The position numbers and the translations under genes were made by a program. DNA of 64,000 nucleotides from contig JAZRIS010000001.1 of assembly GCA_045645425.1 (NCBI GenBank), positions 76,592-140,591 on the forward strand, in the 5' to 3' direction. This stretch comes from Barnesiella sp. Its GTDB lineage: Bacteria; Bacteroidota; Bacteroidia; Bacteroidales; Barnesiellaceae_A. Below, piece by piece: positions 47,389-57,351 of this stretch. How positions within the stretch are numbered: the stretch's first letter is position 1; each line of letters opens with the position of its first letter. The notes below the pieces were generated by a model that worked only from the letters and a program-made list of their open reading frames with translations, did no database searches and was not told where the DNA came from.

Positions 47389-48165
47389 TTAGTCACAAGA
47401 CGATTTTATGGCTTCTATGACGGCTGTTGTAAATCCGTGTGCATCAAGTGTATTGATACCCTTTATCGTATATCCGCCGGGGGTACACACCTTGTCTATC
47501 TCTACCGACGGATGAGTGTCATTCTGCAATATCAATTCGGCAGCACCCTTCATCGATTGTGCCACCATCTTCATGCCTTCTTGCGGATATATACCCAGCT
47601 CTACACCGGCCTGCATGGCCGCTTGGATATACTTGAGGGCATAGGCTATACCGCACGATGTCATGGATGTGGCGGCCGACATTTGGCGCTCGGGTATCAA
47701 CAGGGCCATACCCATTTCGTTAAACATATCGAGTATATACTTCTCTTGCTCGGCACTTGCACGATACGACGATATGAGTGTCATACTCTCTTGCAAGCCT
47801 ATGGCCGTATTGGGTATAACCCTGAATATGGCATTGCCTCGTTGCGGCAACATGGCATCAAGCTCATCAAAGTCTATACCGGCGGCTACCGATACTATTA
47901 TCTGCGAGGAGGTGGGTGCAATCTCGTCTATTACCTCTTTTATTTTCCAAGGCTTAACGGCAAGAATAATGAGTTGTGCGCTTCTTGCCGCCTCTACATT
48001 GCTGTGGGTTGTATGTATAGCTGCATAAGTAGCTTTTATATCTTCAAGTTTGCGGGGTGAAGGATTGCTCAATACTATATCCTCGGGCTTGACAATACTA
48101 CCCCTGCACAATCCGCGAGCTATTGCTCCACCCATATTGCCTACTCCTATTATGGCTATTTTCAT
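47389..48165 (-). CDS. proC: Pyrroline-5-carboxylate reductase
   Basis: 258 aa. Rossmann motif IAIIGVGNMGGAIARGL and C-terminal PGGYTI motif. Confidence 0.9.
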   Translation of the reverse strand: MKIAIIGVGNMGGAIARGLCRGSIVKPEDIVLSNPSPRKLEDIKATYAAIHTTHSNVEAARSAQLIILAVKPWKIKEVIDEIAPTSSQIIVSVAAGIDFDELDAMLPQRGNAIFRVIPNTAIGLQESMTLISSYRASAEQEKYILDMFNEMGMALLIPERQMSAATSMTSCGIAYALKYIQAAMQAGVELGIYPQEGMKMVAQSMKGAAELILQNDTHPSVEIDKVCTPGGYTIKGINTLDAHGFTTAVIEAIKSSCD

Positions 48166-48268
48166 GTGAGCATCTTATTATGGTTGCCTATCATATGACA
48201 AAGGAACTCTAATCATCGACCAGAGAGCCGAAAAATTAAAGTTCCTATTATCTCATCTGTTACTCATC

Positions 48269-49789
48269 TTACTGATGTTGTTCGCGCAAGAGGTCATTTA
48301 CCGTCTTAACAGGATTGAATGTTGCAATAGGCACCTCTACAAAGAGGGTATTCCAATCGCTCATTGCGCCATTCCACAATCCGGGAAGTTCCAATGCCTT
48401 CAACTCCTTGCCGCTCTTCGACTTATAGGATATAAATCCGGTGTTTTTATCGACATACATGGGCAGGTTGTATTTCTCGCCTTGGGCATTTCTCACGGCA
48501 CATACCAAATCTACGGGATTGAAGTGTGTTCCGTTCTCAAAGAATGTTTTGGCCTCGGCATTGCTCATATCTATTTGCGAGCTTTCGAGTATTTGCAACG
48601 ATACCGTACCATCTTGATTGTATGCCAAGAAGGGGCCTCCACCCGGCTCTCCTACATTTTTCACCATGCCACACACACGCACAGGACGGTCAAACTTCTT
48701 GAGCAGATATGCAACCAACTGTTGTTCGTTCAGCTCGGCTATGTTTTCATTGCGATTGTAGAGCGATTTTTCGAGGAACGATACCATTTCTTGCAAGTCG
48801 GCAGCGGTATAATTTCCGCCTTTGAGTTGTGTCATGTAGGCATCTATCTGCTTTTTGAGCGACACCAGCACACCGCCTATTATCTTCTTGTAACGCACGG
48901 TTTCGTCCTTCAATCTGTCGGGTACAACATTGTCGATATTCTTTACAAATATCACATCGGCATCTATGTCGTTGAGATTTTCAATGAGTGCGCCATGACC
49001 GCCGGGACGGAACAACAATGTACCATCACTATCGCGGAAGGGCTTATTTTCCATATCGGCAGCAATCGTATCGGTAGAGGGCTTTTGCTCCGAGAATGAT
49101 ATATGGTAGCGCACATTATATTGGCTCTCATACTCGGGACGCACTTGCTCAACAAGCTCCTTGAAGAGTGGCATGTGCTCGTGCGATACTGTAAAATGCA
49201 CATTTACATCGCGTGCCGCATTGCCGGCATAGAGTGCGCCTTCGGCAAGATGCTCTTCCATAGCTGTACGCACCTGCTCCTCGTAGGTGTGAAACTGCAA
49301 CAGACCTTTGGGCAATGCGCCATAGTTAAGACCCTCTTCGCCCAAGAGTGCGGCCACCACTTCCTTGTAGTTGCCTTCCTCGGTGAGGTCATCTATTGTC
49401 TTGCCATAAAGCACCACACACGCATCGTTGAGTGCATCATAAAACGCAAATCGAGTGATGTTGTCAAAAAATTTCTTTTCAAAATCGCTTGTAGGCTCGT
49501 CATACTCGGCATCCAAGAACTCAAACAAATTCTTAAACATGCGACTTGCCGCACCTGACGCCGGCACAAACTTCACGATGCGATGATTGTCGGCAAGATA
49601 CTTATCCCACTCGGCAAGATATTGCTCGGCTTGGGCGTCATCTACCGACAATATACCATTATCTATCGAGGCCGAAGCCGATAACTTGAGGAAAGGAAAT
49701 CCGGTGGCAAAACAACGTAATTGCTCTTCGATTTTTTCTTCCGATATGCCCCTTGAGGCAAATACTTTGAGATCTTCCGATGTGTACAT
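48269..49789 (-). CDS. DUF4301-family protein (function unknown; name recalled from memory)
   Basis: 506 aa. The N-terminus ...DLKVFASRGISEEKIEEQLRCFATGFPFLKL resembles the DUF4301 proteins of Bacteroidota. Confidence 0.6.
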   Translation of the reverse strand: MYTSEDLKVFASRGISEEKIEEQLRCFATGFPFLKLSASASIDNGILSVDDAQAEQYLAEWDKYLADNHRIVKFVPASGAASRMFKNLFEFLDAEYDEPTSDFEKKFFDNITRFAFYDALNDACVVLYGKTIDDLTEEGNYKEVVAALLGEEGLNYGALPKGLLQFHTYEEQVRTAMEEHLAEGALYAGNAARDVNVHFTVSHEHMPLFKELVEQVRPEYESQYNVRYHISFSEQKPSTDTIAADMENKPFRDSDGTLLFRPGGHGALIENLNDIDADVIFVKNIDNVVPDRLKDETVRYKKIIGGVLVSLKKQIDAYMTQLKGGNYTAADLQEMVSFLEKSLYNRNENIAELNEQQLVAYLLKKFDRPVRVCGMVKNVGEPGGGPFLAYNQDGTVSLQILESSQIDMSNAEAKTFFENGTHFNPVDLVCAVRNAQGEKYNLPMYVDKNTGFISYKSKSGKELKALELPGLWNGAMSDWNTLFVEVPIATFNPVKTVNDLLREQHQ

Positions 49790-49823
49790 ATTATAATTGT
49801 ATTGGTTATTGCTAAATTATCCT

Positions 49824-49831
49824 CAAAACTA
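49824..49831 (-). promoter_or_regulatory. -7 promoter box (TAGTTTTG on minus strand) for the DUF4301 gene
   Basis: CAAAACTA on the plus strand, 35 nt upstream of the start at 49789. Confidence 0.45.
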
Positions 49832-50014
49832 CAAAAAAAGTAGTAGAAACGCATGCTTTTGAAAGAAAAAATTTTTCTCACCGCACTACACTTCATCACA
49901 ATCCATCGCTCTATATAGCTCCCGCTATTCTCTTTTGCACTCTACTCATTATTGCATTTTTCATGTTACAATAAATTTCTTGTATTATTATTTGCATTTT
50001 ATTAAATTGTATAT

Positions 50015-50022
50015 TAATTTTG
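50015..50022 (+). promoter_or_regulatory. -7 promoter box TAATTTTG for the DUF2089 gene pair
   Basis: Exact TAnnTTTG match, 27 nt upstream of the ATG at 50049. Confidence 0.5.
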
Positions 50023-50048
50023 TATCACAAAAATTAAACAAAAGATAT

Positions 50049-50342
50049 ATGACAATCAAAAAAACATTACCCACCAAGTGTCCCTCATGCGGAGCTCACA
50101 CGCAAGTACACGCATTGCATTGCAATGAGTGCGACACTACAATCAGTGGAGAGTATAACATTCCTCCCATCATGCAACTCGCTACCGAGGAGCAGCAATT
50201 TATTACCAACTTTATCAAATGTAGCGGTTCGCTCAAGCAGATGGCAAATGACATGGGGCTGAGCTACCCTACCGTGCGCAACCTATTGGATGATATTATC
50301 GACAAACTCATTAAATTGGAAAACAATGAACAGACTATTTAA
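50049..50342 (+). CDS. DUF2089-like zinc-ribbon plus HTH small protein
   Basis: 97 aa from the ATG at 50049. Zinc ribbon CPSCG...C.EC, then an HTH-like segment MANDMGLSYPTVRNLLDDII. Confidence 0.65.
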   Translation: MTIKKTLPTKCPSCGAHTQVHALHCNECDTTISGEYNIPPIMQLATEEQQFITNFIKCSGSLKQMANDMGLSYPTVRNLLDDIIDKLIKLENNEQTI

Positions 50343-50883
50343 CCCCTTCCGCTACATTGCCGGAACAAAAGCCCTTGTATTGGGTATCGTATTTATCATA
50401 TCATCGGCTCTGCTGTTGTACAGCAACGACATGATACAAGACAGCTACATTCACCTCGGAATTGCCGATGCTGCATTGTGGCAAGTAATGTTGGTGCAAT
50501 TTGCTTGGTGGATTATACCCGCCATACTGCTTTATGCCGGTGGACTCTTACTCACCAAATCGCACATTCGCATCATCGACATCTTGGGCACCACGGCTTT
50601 CTCGCAACTCCTGTTGATACCCATGATTGCTCCGCTATTGCTCCCCGCTGTCAAAGATGGCAGCTTGCGCATAGTAGAGAATTTATTGCAAGGTGTCAGC
50701 GCCGCTACCAACGACTTGTTGGCCGTAATGTTATATGGTATTTGGTCCACTCTGTTGTTGGTTCTCTTCTACATCTGGAACTATCATGCCTTTGCTACAA
50801 GTTGCAACCTCAAAGGCTGGAAGCCTATAACTTACTATATCTTCATCCAGATTGTCATTACCATTGTAGGCTCTTTATTTTAA
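50326..50883 (+). CDS. Hypothetical multi-TM membrane protein
   Basis: 185 aa from the ATG at 50326, which overlaps the upstream gene by 17 nt. Four to five hydrophobic segments. Confidence 0.6.
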   Translation: MNRLFNPFRYIAGTKALVLGIVFIISSALLLYSNDMIQDSYIHLGIADAALWQVMLVQFAWWIIPAILLYAGGLLLTKSHIRIIDILGTTAFSQLLLIPMIAPLLLPAVKDGSLRIVENLLQGVSAATNDLLAVMLYGIWSTLLLVLFYIWNYHAFATSCNLKGWKPITYYIFIQIVITIVGSLF

Positions 50884-50902
50884 TACTCAAGTATCAACAT
50901 TT

Positions 50903-50945
50903 ACCCAAGAAGGGGTTGCATTTTCAATGCAACCCCTTCTTGGGT
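50903..50945. terminator. Bidirectional terminator (19-bp perfect stem)
   Basis: ACCCAAGAAGGGGTTGCAT-tttca-ATGCAACCCCTTCTTGGGT, between convergent genes. Confidence 0.8.
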
Positions 50946-50960
50946 ATTTATAGACATATC

Positions 50961-51773
50961 TCAATTTTTCTTCAACTCATAGGTCTTGGCCTTGAAGAAA
51001 CGAGCCAATTCTTCTACATCTTCTATATGTGCATACTCCTCGGGCATGATGGGCTCTCCAACGGCTACCCGCAAGGTGGTGCCATATTTTTTCTTGACCT
51101 CGGTGGGCAATCGTAGCGAACTAAGCAAGTAGGTTATCGTGCGCAAGAAGTAAAACATGAGTGTGTTGCGACCATAGAAATATACCGGCACAACCGGTTT
51201 CTTAAACTGCTTGACAAGTCGAATGATACTGGGTTGCCAATCTCTATCTTCAGTCGTAAAATCTCGCTTGAGGTTGGATACCGCTCCGGCCGGGAAAAAT
51301 CCTATCGAGCATCCATTACGCACATGCTGCATTGCCTCTCTGATACCATTCATCGAGGCCTTGCGCGCATCTTCGGTATTGGAGTGTGGTTGCACCGATA
51401 TAAAATTGGGTACCAAGGCATTGATCATCATGAGCATCTTGTTTACCATCACTTTATAATCGGGTCTGTAACGTGCAAACAATGAGATAATTGACACACC
51501 ATCAAGCGCACCAAACGGGTGATTGGACAATGCTACGAATGAGCCTTCCGGCAATCTTTTCAACACCTCTTCGCCCTCTATTTCAAGGGTTATGTTAAGG
51601 TCACGCAATATACCATCGGTAAAGTCAGCTCCTTGCATGTGACAGTTGTCTCTATGCAACTTGTTTACCATCTCTACATTGAGCCATCGCAACAATACAT
51701 TGATTATAGCATCACTCTTAAACCATGGAGCCATTTTCTTCACATCCTCGGCATCCAATACACTTTTCTTCAT
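50961..51773 (-). CDS. Lysophospholipid / 1-acylglycerol-3-phosphate acyltransferase family protein (PlsC-like)
   Basis: 270 aa. HX4D acyltransferase motif NHPFGALD and a FPAG motif (GFFPAGAVS). Confidence 0.75.
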   Translation of the reverse strand: MKKSVLDAEDVKKMAPWFKSDAIINVLLRWLNVEMVNKLHRDNCHMQGADFTDGILRDLNITLEIEGEEVLKRLPEGSFVALSNHPFGALDGVSIISLFARYRPDYKVMVNKMLMMINALVPNFISVQPHSNTEDARKASMNGIREAMQHVRNGCSIGFFPAGAVSNLKRDFTTEDRDWQPSIIRLVKQFKKPVVPVYFYGRNTLMFYFLRTITYLLSSLRLPTEVKKKYGTTLRVAVGEPIMPEEYAHIEDVEELARFFKAKTYELKKN

Positions 51774-51784
51774 CGATACAATTC

Positions 51785-53131
51785 TTATAACAGCATTTCA
51801 CATATGCCCATATAGATGACAACACCTATAATATCACTCGTGATGGTGATAAAGGGGCCTGTTGCAAGCGCAGGGTCTATCTTAAATTTTTCCAATGTCA
51901 GGGGCACAATAGTACCAAAAATAGAGGCAAATATCACTACGGCCAACAACGACAACGATACCGCCAACGTAATGGCCATGCTATCCATAAAGAATATATT
52001 GTACAGCAATACCAACAACGATATAATAGAGGAGTTGATAAAGGCTACCCCGGCTTCTTTGAAGAGTTGTTGCGAGGCATGCTTGATGTCAAGTGTACCG
52101 TTGGCCAAACCTTGTACGACGATGGCCGACGATTGGATACCTACATTACCGCCCGTTCCACCTATGAGGGGGATAAAGAGTGCCAAGGCCGGATGACGAG
52201 CCAAACTGCTCTCAAAGCCTCCCAAGATGGTTGCGCTGGCAATACCTCCGGCAATACCTATTAAGAGCCACGGTAAGCGTGCCTTGGTTTGGTCAAAGAC
52301 GGTGTCGGTGCTCTCAATATCTTGCGAGATACCCGAGGCCAACTGATAGTCGCGCTCCGACTGCTCACGCACCTCATCCATCACGTCATCGACCGTAATG
52401 CGACCCACAAGCCTGCCTATGCTATCTACTACCGGCACGGCTACTATATCGTATTTTTCTATGACTTGGGCTACTTCTTCTATCGAGGTATCGGTCTTGA
52501 CTGCCACAGGAGCTTGCTCCATGACTTGCTTGATGCGCGACACACTCGGGTTGGTTATCATCTTCTTCAATGGGAAGATACCTTTGAGTCGCTCATCGTC
52601 ATCTACAACATAGACATAGTATATCTCCGACATGGTCTCGGCTTGCAGACGCATCTCCTTGACACACTCGGCCATACTCCAATTCTCATTCACAATCACC
52701 ATCTCGGTACCCATGATACCACCGGCGGTGTCCTCATCGTACTTCAACAAATCGACAATATCGCCCGCTTGCTCTACGTCGTCGATGTGCGATAGAATTT
52801 CTTCTTGAACATCCTCGTCGAGGTCACGCATCACATCTACCGCATCATCGGTCTCCATGTGATCGATAAACTGCTTGGCAATGACATCTACCGGCAGACG
52901 TTCCAATATTTTCAGTCGGTCTTCGTCGTCGAGTTCCAGCAACACATCGGCTGCTTTCTCGGCATCCAACAGCAAATAGACAAACTCGGCCTCGTCGAGG
53001 TCAAGTTCCTGATATAATGCAGCAATATCGGCGGGGTGCAAATCGTTGAGTATATCCAACGCTTTTTCCTTATCCTTCGATTCGATTATCGAGCGAAAAT
53101 TCTCGTAAAATTCTTGTGAAAATTGCTCCAT
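51785..53131 (-). CDS. mgtE: Magnesium transporter MgtE
   Basis: 448 aa. Acidic N-domain, tandem CBS region, C-terminal 5-TM domain with a GNVGIQS-type motif (GGTGGNVGIQSS). Confidence 0.93.
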   Translation of the reverse strand: MEQFSQEFYENFRSIIESKDKEKALDILNDLHPADIAALYQELDLDEAEFVYLLLDAEKAADVLLELDDEDRLKILERLPVDVIAKQFIDHMETDDAVDVMRDLDEDVQEEILSHIDDVEQAGDIVDLLKYDEDTAGGIMGTEMVIVNENWSMAECVKEMRLQAETMSEIYYVYVVDDDERLKGIFPLKKMITNPSVSRIKQVMEQAPVAVKTDTSIEEVAQVIEKYDIVAVPVVDSIGRLVGRITVDDVMDEVREQSERDYQLASGISQDIESTDTVFDQTKARLPWLLIGIAGGIASATILGGFESSLARHPALALFIPLIGGTGGNVGIQSSAIVVQGLANGTLDIKHASQQLFKEAGVAFINSSIISLLVLLYNIFFMDSMAITLAVSLSLLAVVIFASIFGTIVPLTLEKFKIDPALATGPFITITSDIIGVVIYMGICEMLL

Positions 53132-53179
53132 TGTCCTATGTTTTTACACCCACAAAGGGGCTGTTTATATTCCTATTAC

Positions 53180-53980
53180 TTATTTCTGTAATACGCCATC
53201 TATGAGCTTGGTGAGCTCTATAAACTCTGCCACCGAGAGTTGTTCGGGACGACGATTGAACACCTCGTCGGTCATTGTTGCCATTCGTTCTCCAAGCAAT
53301 GGTCGCAAGGAGTTGCGCAGGGTCTTGCGACGTTGGTTGAAGGCCGTCTTGACTACTCGCTTGAAGAGCACCTCATCACAACCCAGCGAGGTTACATTGT
53401 TGCGTGTCATGCGTATGACTGCCGACTTCACTTTTGGAGGCGGGTCAAAGACATGCTCCGATACCGTGAAGAGATACTCCACATCATACCACGCCTGCAA
53501 CAATACGCTCAATATACCATAGGCCTTGCTACCGGGAGGCGACGCCAATCGCTCGGCTACCTCCTTCTGTATCATACCACTGCAACAGGGTATATTGTCT
53601 TTATAATCAAGCACCTTGAAAAATATCTGACTCGATATATTATAGGGATAGTTGCCTATAACACAAAACTTCTCTTCAAACAATTTAGACAAGTCACATT
53701 TCAAGAAGTCCTCGCCAAGTATCCTACCCTGCAATTCGGGAAAATGCACCGACAAGTATGCCACCGACTCTACATCCAGCTCTACCACTGTGAGGTTATG
53801 CCCATTATCGAGCAATGGTCGTGTGAGCATTCCCATACCGGGGCCTATCTCCAGCACAGGCATAGACTTGTAGGCATCGAGCGTGGCGGCTATGCGATGT
53901 GCTATATCAACATCTTTCAAGAAATGTTGTCCTAACGCTTTTTTGGGCTTTACGGTATGCAACTTTTTTTGTACCGACAT
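53180..53980 (-). CDS. rsmA: 16S rRNA (adenine1518/1519-N6)-dimethyltransferase
   Basis: 266 aa. KKALGQHFL N-terminal motif, SAM-binding motif EIGPGMGMLT, and NYPYNISS. Confidence 0.93.
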   Translation of the reverse strand: MSVQKKLHTVKPKKALGQHFLKDVDIAHRIAATLDAYKSMPVLEIGPGMGMLTRPLLDNGHNLTVVELDVESVAYLSVHFPELQGRILGEDFLKCDLSKLFEEKFCVIGNYPYNISSQIFFKVLDYKDNIPCCSGMIQKEVAERLASPPGSKAYGILSVLLQAWYDVEYLFTVSEHVFDPPPKVKSAVIRMTRNNVTSLGCDEVLFKRVVKTAFNQRRKTLRNSLRPLLGERMATMTDEVFNRRPEQLSVAEFIELTKLIDGVLQK

Positions 53981-54048
53981 CGATGATGTTTATTAACGAT
54001 ATTTATAAAATCTATTGGCTACAAAGCTCACTTTTTCGAGAAAAGAGT

Positions 54049-54056
54049 TATCTTTG
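54049..54056 (+). promoter_or_regulatory. -7 promoter box TATCTTTG
   Basis: Exact TAnnTTTG match ending 2 nt before the ORF-track TTG start (54059). This argues for a downstream start codon. Confidence 0.5.
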
Positions 54057-54097
54057 CATTGCGCAAATTTACAATTAAATTTTGGATTTTACTAATT

Positions 54098-55093
54098 TTG
54101 AAGAAAATACTATCACATATTACCAAGTATGTTCTGCCGTTGATATTGGGCATCGGCATATTTTGGCTGGTATATCGACAATTTGATTGGAACGAGATAT
54201 TATCTATCTTGAGCCAAGACATGAACTACCTGCTCATAGCTCTTTCGATGCTTGTAGGTGTTGTCAGCCACATTGCCCGGGCGTTGCGCTGGCAACTTCA
54301 GTTGCGCACTCTCAATATCAACCCCTCTTTCTCGACGCTTTGCAATGCCATATTCGGTACTTATGCCTTCAACTTGGTACTGCCCCGCTTTGGCGAGTTG
54401 TGGCGTTGCACCTACATGGCCAATCATGAGAAAGCCTCTTTTTCGCGCGTATTTGGCTCTATGCTCAGCGACCGCATTGTCGATGGCATTACGGCTGTTA
54501 CCATCATCGGTTGTGTTTTCTTATCTCAAATGGGCATTACGGCATCGTTTATCGAGCAAAACCCCTCTTTGCAACACAATATACACAACCTGCTCACATC
54601 GCCTTGGCTATACATCATTGCCATTATACTCATAGGAGCGCTGATATATGCCTTCAAGAATAATAGCAACAACCTCATTATCAAAAAGATAAAAGAAACA
54701 CTACACAAGATAGCCGAGGGCTTCAACTCGGTACTATCCATGAAAAGTGGCAAAATATTATTCTTTTTATATACCATTATAATATGGGGATGCTACTTTT
54801 TACAATTATATATTTGTATATTTGCATTCGATTGGATGAGTCACGTCACCATCATGCAGGCTCTGGTACTTTTTGTATTGGGCAGCATAGGTATGACAGT
54901 ACCGGTGCAAGGCGGTATAGGCCCTTGGCACGCTGCTGTTATATATGGCATGATGTTTTACGGATTTACCCAAGAACAGGCCGGTGCTTTTGCATTGGTA
55001 GCACACGGCTCTCAGATGATAGTCACTATATTGTTGGGCATATACACCACAATAGCTATTCTCTGCGAGCGCAACTACAACAAACGACCTTAA
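54098..55093 (+). CDS. Flippase-like / lysylphosphatidylglycerol-synthase TM-region family (UPF0104-like) membrane protein
   Basis: The ORF is open from 54059. I prefer the TTG at 54098 (reads (M)KKILSHITKYVLPL...) because of the promoter position, but the start stays uncertain. About 8 TM segments; RALRWQ motif. Confidence 0.65.
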   Translation: MKKILSHITKYVLPLILGIGIFWLVYRQFDWNEILSILSQDMNYLLIALSMLVGVVSHIARALRWQLQLRTLNINPSFSTLCNAIFGTYAFNLVLPRFGELWRCTYMANHEKASFSRVFGSMLSDRIVDGITAVTIIGCVFLSQMGITASFIEQNPSLQHNIHNLLTSPWLYIIAIILIGALIYAFKNNSNNLIIKKIKETLHKIAEGFNSVLSMKSGKILFFLYTIIIWGCYFLQLYICIFAFDWMSHVTIMQALVLFVLGSIGMTVPVQGGIGPWHAAVIYGMMFYGFTQEQAGAFALVAHGSQMIVTILLGIYTTIAILCERNYNKRP

Positions 55094-55130
55094 CAACTAA
55101 ATACTCAGTAACAACATTTTAAAGGAGATT

Positions 55131-56606
55131 ATGATTATGACACAAGAAATCACCAACCTCAACCCTCAGGCTATTTGGAAATACTTTGCACAAATTTGCA
55201 GCATACCTCACCCCTCCGGTCATACTGCGATGATTGCCGATTACTTGATGGAAACAGGCAAAAAACTCGGACTTGAAACTTATCGCGACAAGGCCGACAA
55301 TGTCATAATACGCAAGCCGGCTACTCCCGGCATGGAAAACCGCACTCCGGTTATTCTCCAAGCTCACTACGACATGGTGCCTCAAGCCAACAAAGCTACC
55401 AACCACAACTTTGAAACCGACCCCATCCTCCCCCGCATCGATGGCGAATGGGTCAAGGCTACCGACACCACCTTGGGTGCCGACAATGGTATAGGTGTGG
55501 CTGCTATTCTGGCTGTTCTCGAAGCCAATGATATTGTTCACGGCCCCATCGAAGCTCTCATCACTCGCGATGAAGAGACCGGCATGTACGGCGCAAAAGG
55601 CATAGAACAAGGCATTCTCAAAGGTAAAATATTGTTGAACACCGACTCGGAAGCCGATGGCGAATTATATATGAGTTGTGCCGGCGGATTGGATATTGAA
55701 GCAACATTCCGCTACCAAGAGAATGAGAGCACTCAACTCAACGACTATGTGGCATACAAAGTGGCTATTGGCGGATTGTTGGGCGGTCACTCGGGTGTTG
55801 ATATCAAACTCGAAAGACTCAATGCCAACAAAGCCATGTTCCGCTTCTTGAAGATTGCCGTGGGCTGTCATAGCGCTCGTTTGGCCTCTTATTCAGGCGG
55901 TACACTGCGCAATGCCATCCCTCGCGAGGCCGAGGCTGTGGTTGTATTGCCCGAGGTGCGTGCCAAGAAATTCCTCGCTTTTGTCGATGAATTTAAGCAC
56001 ACTCTGCAACACGAATACGGCTTTATCGAAAAGAATATCATCTTCACCGCAACTCCTACCGATATACCCCAAAAGCTCATGCCCGAGCCTGCACAAGACG
56101 ACCTCATCAACGCTGTCGTAGCTTGTCACAATGGTGTATATCGCATGATACCCGATGCGCCCGAAGTGGTTGAGACCTCATCCAACCTCTCTATCGTAAC
56201 TGCCAACGATGGTATCGCCGAGGTGAAGATTTTGGCCCGCAGCTCAAGCGAAACTCAAAAATACACTCTCGCATCCGAAATTGAGAGTACATTTGCCCTT
56301 GCCGGTGCCAAAGTTATTTTTGACGGTGCATACCCCGGTTGGGAGCCCAACCTCCAATCTCCCATCCTGCACACCATGCGTCCATTGTACCCCCAAGTAT
56401 TGGGTATAGAGGCCGAGGTAAAAATGATGCACGCCGGTCTTGAGTGTGGTATTATCGGTGCAGCATATCCCGGATTGGATATGATTTCGTTTGGCCCGAC
56501 TATCAAATTCCCCCACTCTCCCGATGAGCAAGTAAACATCGCATCGGTCGAGAACTTCTGGAAAATATTGTGTGCAACGCTCGAAAACATTCCTGTTGAA
56601 AAATAA
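55131..56606 (+). CDS. pepD: Aminoacyl-histidine (Xaa-His) dipeptidase, M20C family
   Basis: 491 aa. Motifs SGHTAMIADYL, QAHYDMV, TLGADNGIGVA and TRDEETGM, typical of PepD. Confidence 0.9.
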   Translation: MIMTQEITNLNPQAIWKYFAQICSIPHPSGHTAMIADYLMETGKKLGLETYRDKADNVIIRKPATPGMENRTPVILQAHYDMVPQANKATNHNFETDPILPRIDGEWVKATDTTLGADNGIGVAAILAVLEANDIVHGPIEALITRDEETGMYGAKGIEQGILKGKILLNTDSEADGELYMSCAGGLDIEATFRYQENESTQLNDYVAYKVAIGGLLGGHSGVDIKLERLNANKAMFRFLKIAVGCHSARLASYSGGTLRNAIPREAEAVVVLPEVRAKKFLAFVDEFKHTLQHEYGFIEKNIIFTATPTDIPQKLMPEPAQDDLINAVVACHNGVYRMIPDAPEVVETSSNLSIVTANDGIAEVKILARSSSETQKYTLASEIESTFALAGAKVIFDGAYPGWEPNLQSPILHTMRPLYPQVLGIEAEVKMMHAGLECGIIGAAYPGLDMISFGPTIKFPHSPDEQVNIASVENFWKILCATLENIPVEK

Positions 56607-56611
56607 TCACT

Positions 56612-57130
56612 ATGAACAACGATAACATCAACACAACCCCTCCCACAACCGACAACAAGCCCACCCCGCAACGCACCAACCCCATTGCCAAATGGTTTAG
56701 AAATATAGGTTGTGGCATACTGCTCTTGCTTGTATTGGGCGGTGGCGGATATTTCTATTGGAAATACTACTCGGTATTTGGCGAAGGTGTCAAAAGCGGT
56801 GTACTGAACTTTGTTGTTCTCAAAGGCGACATTTTCAAGACCTACGAGGGAAAACTCATCATGGAGGGTGTCGTATCATCGGGTCAAGGACAAATAGAGT
56901 CAAACCACTTTACATTCTCGATAGAAGACAAAGAACTTGCCAAGAAACTCATGCGCATGGGTGGTCAAAAGGTAGAGTTGCAATACAAAGAATACCACGG
57001 CACACTACCTTGGCGAGGACACAGCGTATTTGTGGTCGATAGCATATTGTCCAATACCGCAATACCCCAAGAAACACCCTCACAACCCGTCGAGAAAGAG
57101 GTAGTAGAAGCCGTATCGACATCGATATAA
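56612..57130 (+). CDS. Hypothetical membrane-anchored protein
   Basis: 172 aa. Low-complexity N-terminus, a single TM (GCGILLLLVLGGGGYFYW), and a soluble C-domain. Starts 5 nt after the pepD stop. Confidence 0.55.
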   Translation: MNNDNINTTPPTTDNKPTPQRTNPIAKWFRNIGCGILLLLVLGGGGYFYWKYYSVFGEGVKSGVLNFVVLKGDIFKTYEGKLIMEGVVSSGQGQIESNHFTFSIEDKELAKKLMRMGGQKVELQYKEYHGTLPWRGHSVFVVDSILSNTAIPQETPSQPVEKEVVEAVSTSI

Positions 57131-57150
57131 CACTACTCTCCAATCATATT

Positions 57151-57200
57151 GCGACCGCACCAAGACACCACTCTTGCGATGCGGTCGCTTTTGTTTTGTT
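57151..57200 (+). terminator. Rho-independent terminator
   Basis: GCGACCGCA (57151-59) pairs with TGCGGTCGC (57180-88), followed by TTTTGTTTTGTTT. Confidence 0.65.
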
Positions 57201-57274
57201 TATTTTTTTGCACAACCTCACCAATATTCTCACTAATATTGCATTATCTGGTTGATTATTTCGGTGTTTTTTTG

Positions 57275-57282
57275 TAAATTTG
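57275..57282 (+). promoter_or_regulatory. -7 promoter box TAAATTTG for valS
   Basis: Exact TAnnTTTG match, 70 nt upstream of the ATG at 57352. Confidence 0.5.
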
Positions 57283-57351
57283 CACGGTTTTATATCAAAA
57301 TATAGCAACCCATATTACAAAAAGAAATAACGAAATATAAATCACATAACT

